DNA from: Bacilli bacterium
GTDB taxonomy: Bacteria > Bacillota_I > Bacilli_A > RFN20 > CAG-826
Length of the DNA: 28,682 nucleotides
Assembly: GCA_041667485.1 (NCBI GenBank)
Contig: JBAYEZ010000001.1
Location: 1-28,682 of the forward strand
Direction: 5' to 3'
The notes beneath the pieces are model-generated. The model was not told the DNA's origin. It saw only the letters and a program-made list of their open reading frames with translations, and made no database searches. Below, piece after piece: positions 25,637 to 28,682 of this stretch. The position numbers and the translations under genes were made by a program. Position 1 is the first letter of the stretch; the number at the start of each line of letters is the position of its first letter.

Positions 25637-25783
25637 AGCGCCTCAAGCGAGACACCAGCATCGCGCATGCACTTGATGAATTCGAGAAGGTGATATCGCC
25701 ATCATCGTAATAATGGATCCCGCTTGATCGCGGGGGGCGTCTTCGCTCATTGCGAATTTCTTTGCCACCTCAGCGATGCTCAG
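25636..25783 (-). pseudogene. MerR-family regulator (AdhR/NmlR-like) pseudogene
   Basis: Manual translation across two 1-nt frameshifts: (CTG)SIAEVAKKFAMSEDA-[LRYYE helix missing]-PRDQ/GIHYYDDGDITF/EFIKCMRDAGVSLEAL, closely like B. subtilis AdhR (..EFIKCMRNAGLSIEAL). Confidence 0.8.
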
Positions 25784-26301
25784 AGCGTTTTGAGCCATGT
25801 TTGAATTTCCTTCTCGCTTTCTTCAACCAAATGTCCGCGGAGAGCTAAGCCATTCTTAATGCTTGCGCCTGGACAGACATTTTGCAGGTCTTTAACGCCA
25901 TGGCCAAAACCAGAACCTTCCGAGGTGTTAAAGGGGATGACGATTTTGCCCTGAAAGTTGTTGGCTTCGAGAAAGGTGAAAATCGGCATCGGCAACGTCC
26001 CACACCACGTCGGATAGCCAATAAAAATGATGTCATAGGCATCGACTTTTTTCAGTTCGACAAGTTCAGGCCGAACTTTGCTTTGAAGTTCCAATTTTGC
26101 AGCATCGCAGCAGGCGTAGTAACCATCCGGATAATCTTTCTTCGCCACGATTGGATAAAGATCGCCCCCGGTCGTTTTTTGAATAAGAACGGCCATCTTC
26201 TCGGTGTTGCCCACCTTAAGCGATTGGAGATCCTTAATCCACCAGTTTTCCCCCCGCTTGGAGAAATAGGCAATCAAAACCTTTTTCCCTGCAAAATCCA
26301 T
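25780..26301 (-). CDS. Flavodoxin (Flavodoxin_4-like)
   Basis: LIAYFSKRGEN...GNTEKMA, IFIGYPTWCGTLPMP, PFNTSEGSG; GGAGG SD. Confidence 0.9.
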   Translation of the reverse strand: MDFAGKKVLIAYFSKRGENWWIKDLQSLKVGNTEKMAVLIQKTTGGDLYPIVAKKDYPDGYYACCDAAKLELQSKVRPELVELKKVDAYDIIFIGYPTWCGTLPMPIFTFLEANNFQGKIVIPFNTSEGSGFGHGVKDLQNVCPGASIKNGLALRGHLVEESEKEIQTWLKTL

Positions 26302-26321
26302 CTCTTTTCCCTCCAGTTACC

Positions 26322-26351
26322 GTTGTAGGTCCTAAAGTTAACTCCAGTCAA
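26322..26351 (-). promoter_or_regulatory. MerR (AdhR/NmlR)-type promoter/operator of the flavodoxin gene
   Basis: TTGACT-N18-TACAAC with the imperfect dyad CTGGAG-TTAA-CTTTAG (26332-26347) overlapping the -35, resembling the CTTAAAG-N4-CTTTAAG box. Confidence 0.65.
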
Positions 26352-26355
26352 GCGC

Positions 26356-26378
26356 AAAAAGAAAAGGCATTGCTGCCC
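26356..26378 (-). terminator. Intrinsic terminator of the aminopeptidase gene
   Basis: GGGCA-GCAA-TGCCT followed by TTTCTTTTT. Confidence 0.55.
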
Positions 26379-26390
26379 TCTCTATTTTCT

Positions 26391-27617
26391 TTAGAACGCC
26401 CAAGTTCCGTTATGGAAAAGGACGGTTTCTTTCCCATCAAAGGATGTACCGACGATTTCGAGGTCGGCGGTGCCAATCATGAAGTCGACGTGGGAGAGTG
26501 ATTTATTGATGCCAAACGCATGGAGTTGTTCTTCCGTATACTTCTCGAAATTCGGATAGAGATCGGTAAAGCCTCGGCCCAATGCCAAGTGGCAGCAGGC
26601 ATTTTCATCATAGAGGGTGTTATAGAAGAGGAGGCCGGTCTGATTGATGGGCGAATCGAACGGAACGAGGGCGCATTCGCCCAAGTAAGCGGAGCCTTCA
26701 TCGAGGGCCAAGATACTTTCTAAGGCAGCGAGTCCCTTCTCCGCCTTGACTTCAACGGCCTTGCCTTCATGGAAACGGATCGAGAAATTATCGATCAATT
26801 GCCCTTGATAAGCTAACGGCTTCGACGCATAAACGATGCCTTCGGCCTGACCCCGCATCGGCGAAGTGAAGCACTCCTCCGAAGGAATGTTTGGTTGGAA
26901 GAACGTGCCTTGAATCGTCTTTTCTCCCCCGCCAAGGAAAATGACGTCGGGAATAAGACCGACCGTTAAATCCGTACCGTTATTCGCTTTATAGTGGAGC
27001 GAATTCAGATGGAGCGAATTCAGATGGGCACAACGCGCCTTCAAATCCTTTTCGTGTTCATCCCACCGCTTCTCGCCTTCGCCATCTTCGGAGCGAGCCG
27101 TCTTGAGAATGGCTGCCCACAATTTCTCAATCGCCGTTTTCTCAGGGAGATTCGGGAAAACTTTCTTAGCCCATTTCGCGCTTGGGGCGCCAGCGATGCA
27201 CCACTGATATTTATTCTCGCGAGCTTCAATGTATTGGGCGCTAGTCTGATAACGAGCCGCTCTCACCGCGGCGACTTTCTTGGCATCGACTCCCTTTAAT
27301 CCATCCGGGTCATCGCCATCGATCCAAATCAAAATCGGCAGCAAATCCGTCGCGAATTGTTGAAATCCGATTTCCGGAGCAATCATTTTACCTAAAGCCC
27401 CCGTCGTCGCATAATGGTAGCCGATTTGATCCGTCACCGCCGATTGCCATTCATAGACAACCCGACTGGCACCCGCCTTGTAACATTCCTCCGCCACCTG
27501 AGCGGCAAAATCTTCCAAAGCCACATTGACCCGAATGACGACATACTGACCTTTTTGGATGTTGGCCCCGACTCGAGCAATGAGTTTGGCGTATTTTTGG
27601 AGCAGTTCTTTCTTCAT
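26391..27617 (-). CDS. ampS: Aminopeptidase, M29 family (AmpS/PepS/aminopeptidase II)
   Basis: PNIPSEECFTSP, YLGECALV, LYDENACCHLALG, SHVDFMIG. Confidence 0.93.
   Translation of the reverse strand: MKKELLQKYAKLIARVGANIQKGQYVVIRVNVALEDFAAQVAEECYKAGASRVVYEWQSAVTDQIGYHYATTGALGKMIAPEIGFQQFATDLLPILIWIDGDDPDGLKGVDAKKVAAVRAARYQTSAQYIEARENKYQWCIAGAPSAKWAKKVFPNLPEKTAIEKLWAAILKTARSEDGEGEKRWDEHEKDLKARCAHLNSLHLNSLHYKANNGTDLTVGLIPDVIFLGGGEKTIQGTFFQPNIPSEECFTSPMRGQAEGIVYASKPLAYQGQLIDNFSIRFHEGKAVEVKAEKGLAALESILALDEGSAYLGECALVPFDSPINQTGLLFYNTLYDENACCHLALGRGFTDLYPNFEKYTEEQLHAFGINKSLSHVDFMIGTADLEIVGTSFDGKETVLFHNGTWAF
26995..27027. repeat. 15-bp tandem repeat inside the aminopeptidase gene
   Basis: (TGGAGCGAATTCAGA)x2 + TGG; encodes HLNSL-HLNSL-H in frame. 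Confidence 0.9.
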
Positions 27618-27749
27618 AGTGAATTTTTCCCTTGCCTCTTATCTCGCGATTATTGTAAGCAATTCTCCTCTTTTTTACACCAAACGTTTTTTGTCTAGAT
27701 GCTATTCGAAATGAAATTGATTAGAATAAGTCGACAAGAGGTAATCCTT

Positions 27750-28586
27750 ATGGAAGAAGAAAAGAAAGAGCAACCCGAGCAAGGGCAATCCGTCAAGAAA
27801 ACAAAAAAGCCAATCGACCTTAGCAAAGGCGGTCTTTTGTGGACCATTTGGCATTTCGTTGAAGGCGTTCTTCTCATTACGGGTGGCATTTTAGCCATCG
27901 CGTATTCGGACAATGATGAAATTCAAAAAATCATCTATCCGGTCGTTGGCGGTTTCTTGATTTTGGGCGGTTTCTTGAAAATCCTCTCCAATTTCTTGCC
28001 AGTTCTCGCCACGAACGACTATGAAGTTGAGGTCAAATTGAAGGCGAAAAAGGCCATGGCTTACGATATGGTGATCGGCGGCAGCTTCGAACTCGCTCTC
28101 GGTGTCACCCTCTGCGTCATCTACGCTTCGCAGCAAAGCGCCATCGCGACTATTACCTTATTCTTAAGCACTTTCATTGCCATCATCTTGATGGTCGCGG
28201 GTGCCTCACTCCTTCTCTTCGCCATCGGCTTCATCGTTGCAAAACTTTATAAACTCTATATGCCGATTCTGGAGATCGTCTTGGGCTTGGCGCTCATTGC
28301 TTTGGGCGTCGTTGTCGTCATCTACATGAAGAATGAAGAAGTCTTTAACCGGGTTGTTCTCATCATCGTTGGCGTCATTCTCGTCCTCGGTGGTTTGGGC
28401 ATGCTTGTTGACACCATCGCCACCGTCCGGGCAGCCAACGCCTTAAAAAAGGCCGCTAAAGAAGGCGCCGCTCCTGCCACAGGAGAAACTTCCACGACCA
28501 CCATCAGCGTGACCGAGGTCGATTTCTCGACCGAAAACGGTAAGAAAGCCGCCCCGAAAAACAAGCCAACTGACGATAAGAAATAA
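27750..28586 (+). CDS. Membrane protein, about 6 TM (HdeD/DUF308-like)
   Basis: Six Gly-rich hydrophobic segments with charged termini; start reassigned to ATG 27750 (GAGGT SD). Confidence 0.7.
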   Translation: MEEEKKEQPEQGQSVKKTKKPIDLSKGGLLWTIWHFVEGVLLITGGILAIAYSDNDEIQKIIYPVVGGFLILGGFLKILSNFLPVLATNDYEVEVKLKAKKAMAYDMVIGGSFELALGVTLCVIYASQQSAIATITLFLSTFIAIILMVAGASLLLFAIGFIVAKLYKLYMPILEIVLGLALIALGVVVVIYMKNEEVFNRVVLIIVGVILVLGGLGMLVDTIATVRAANALKKAAKEGAAPATGETSTTTISVTEVDFSTENGKKAAPKNKPTDDKK

Positions 28587-28605
28587 GAATCCGTTGAAGC
28601 AAAAC

Positions 28606-28636
28606 AAAAGGGCTTGGAGAAATCCAAGCCCTTTTT
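28606..28636 (+). terminator. Intrinsic terminator
   Basis: AAAAGGGCTTGGA-GAAA-TCCAAGCCCTTTT-T, a 13-bp stem. Confidence 0.85.
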
Positions 28637-28682
28637 AAAAAGGATTTTAATTATACTTGTCGGCGCCCGTAAGCGCAAGGAA

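Noticed and set aside
20225-25783. TGA read as Trp (code 4) to explain the broken genes
   Set aside because: Intact genes end at TGA at expected lengths (9421, 13290, 24710 with ATGA overlap, 25780), conserved Trp residues use TGG, and the breaks are frameshifts.
26995-27027. 15-bp tandem repeat as an in-frame insertion in the aminopeptidase
   Set aside because: From memory of B. subtilis AmpS (HLNERHYAALHY), the segment length is the same as here (HLNSLHLNSLHY), so there is no net insertion and probably no functional effect.
946-28678. The many short ORFs in the track that overlap the long genes (e.g. 2016-2432, 4406-4852, 5742-6272, 9756-10403, 18169-18612, 21875-22396, 25882-26328)
   Set aside because: Antisense or off-frame shadows of well-supported genes, with no recognisable motifs or RBS.
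28660-28682. GCGCCCGTA at the window end resembles a tRNA-Arg 5' end
   Set aside because: The following bases do not form a D arm, and the window ends before anything can be judged.

Overview
A 28.7 kb chromosomal window from a Bacillota-type bacterium using genetic code 11; the exact lineage cannot be determined from the sequence. (1) 1-1.4 kb: the 5' part of an anaerobic RNR activase gene (nrdG, missing from the ORF track) and a TetR regulator. (2) 1.4-15.7 kb: a contiguous nucleobase salvage cluster: uraA, guaB, guaA, apt, xpt, a guanine-type purine riboswitch, a BMP-family ABC importer (4 genes), upp, hpt and prs. (3) 15.7-19.9 kb, the best candidate for an undescribed system: a two-gene operon. 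One gene encodes a McrB-like AAA+ GTPase (NxD signature) whose N-terminus is about 12 predicted transmembrane helices, apparently 3 x 4-TM repeats, instead of a nucleic-acid reader. Its coupled partner is DUF2357/McrC-like, with no recognisable PD-(D/E)xK motif and a Cys-rich Zn-ribbon tail. (4) 20-21.3 kb: AT-richer gene debris beside tRNA-Ala(CGC). (5) 21.3-28.7 kb: a HAD hydrolase, rmuC, a frameshifted Y-family polymerase plus a yolD-like gene, remnants of an AdhR/NmlR-type MerR module whose operator survives at the flavodoxin promoter, an M29 aminopeptidase and a 6-TM membrane protein. All family assignments come from motif recognition by eye; no searches or structure predictions were run.
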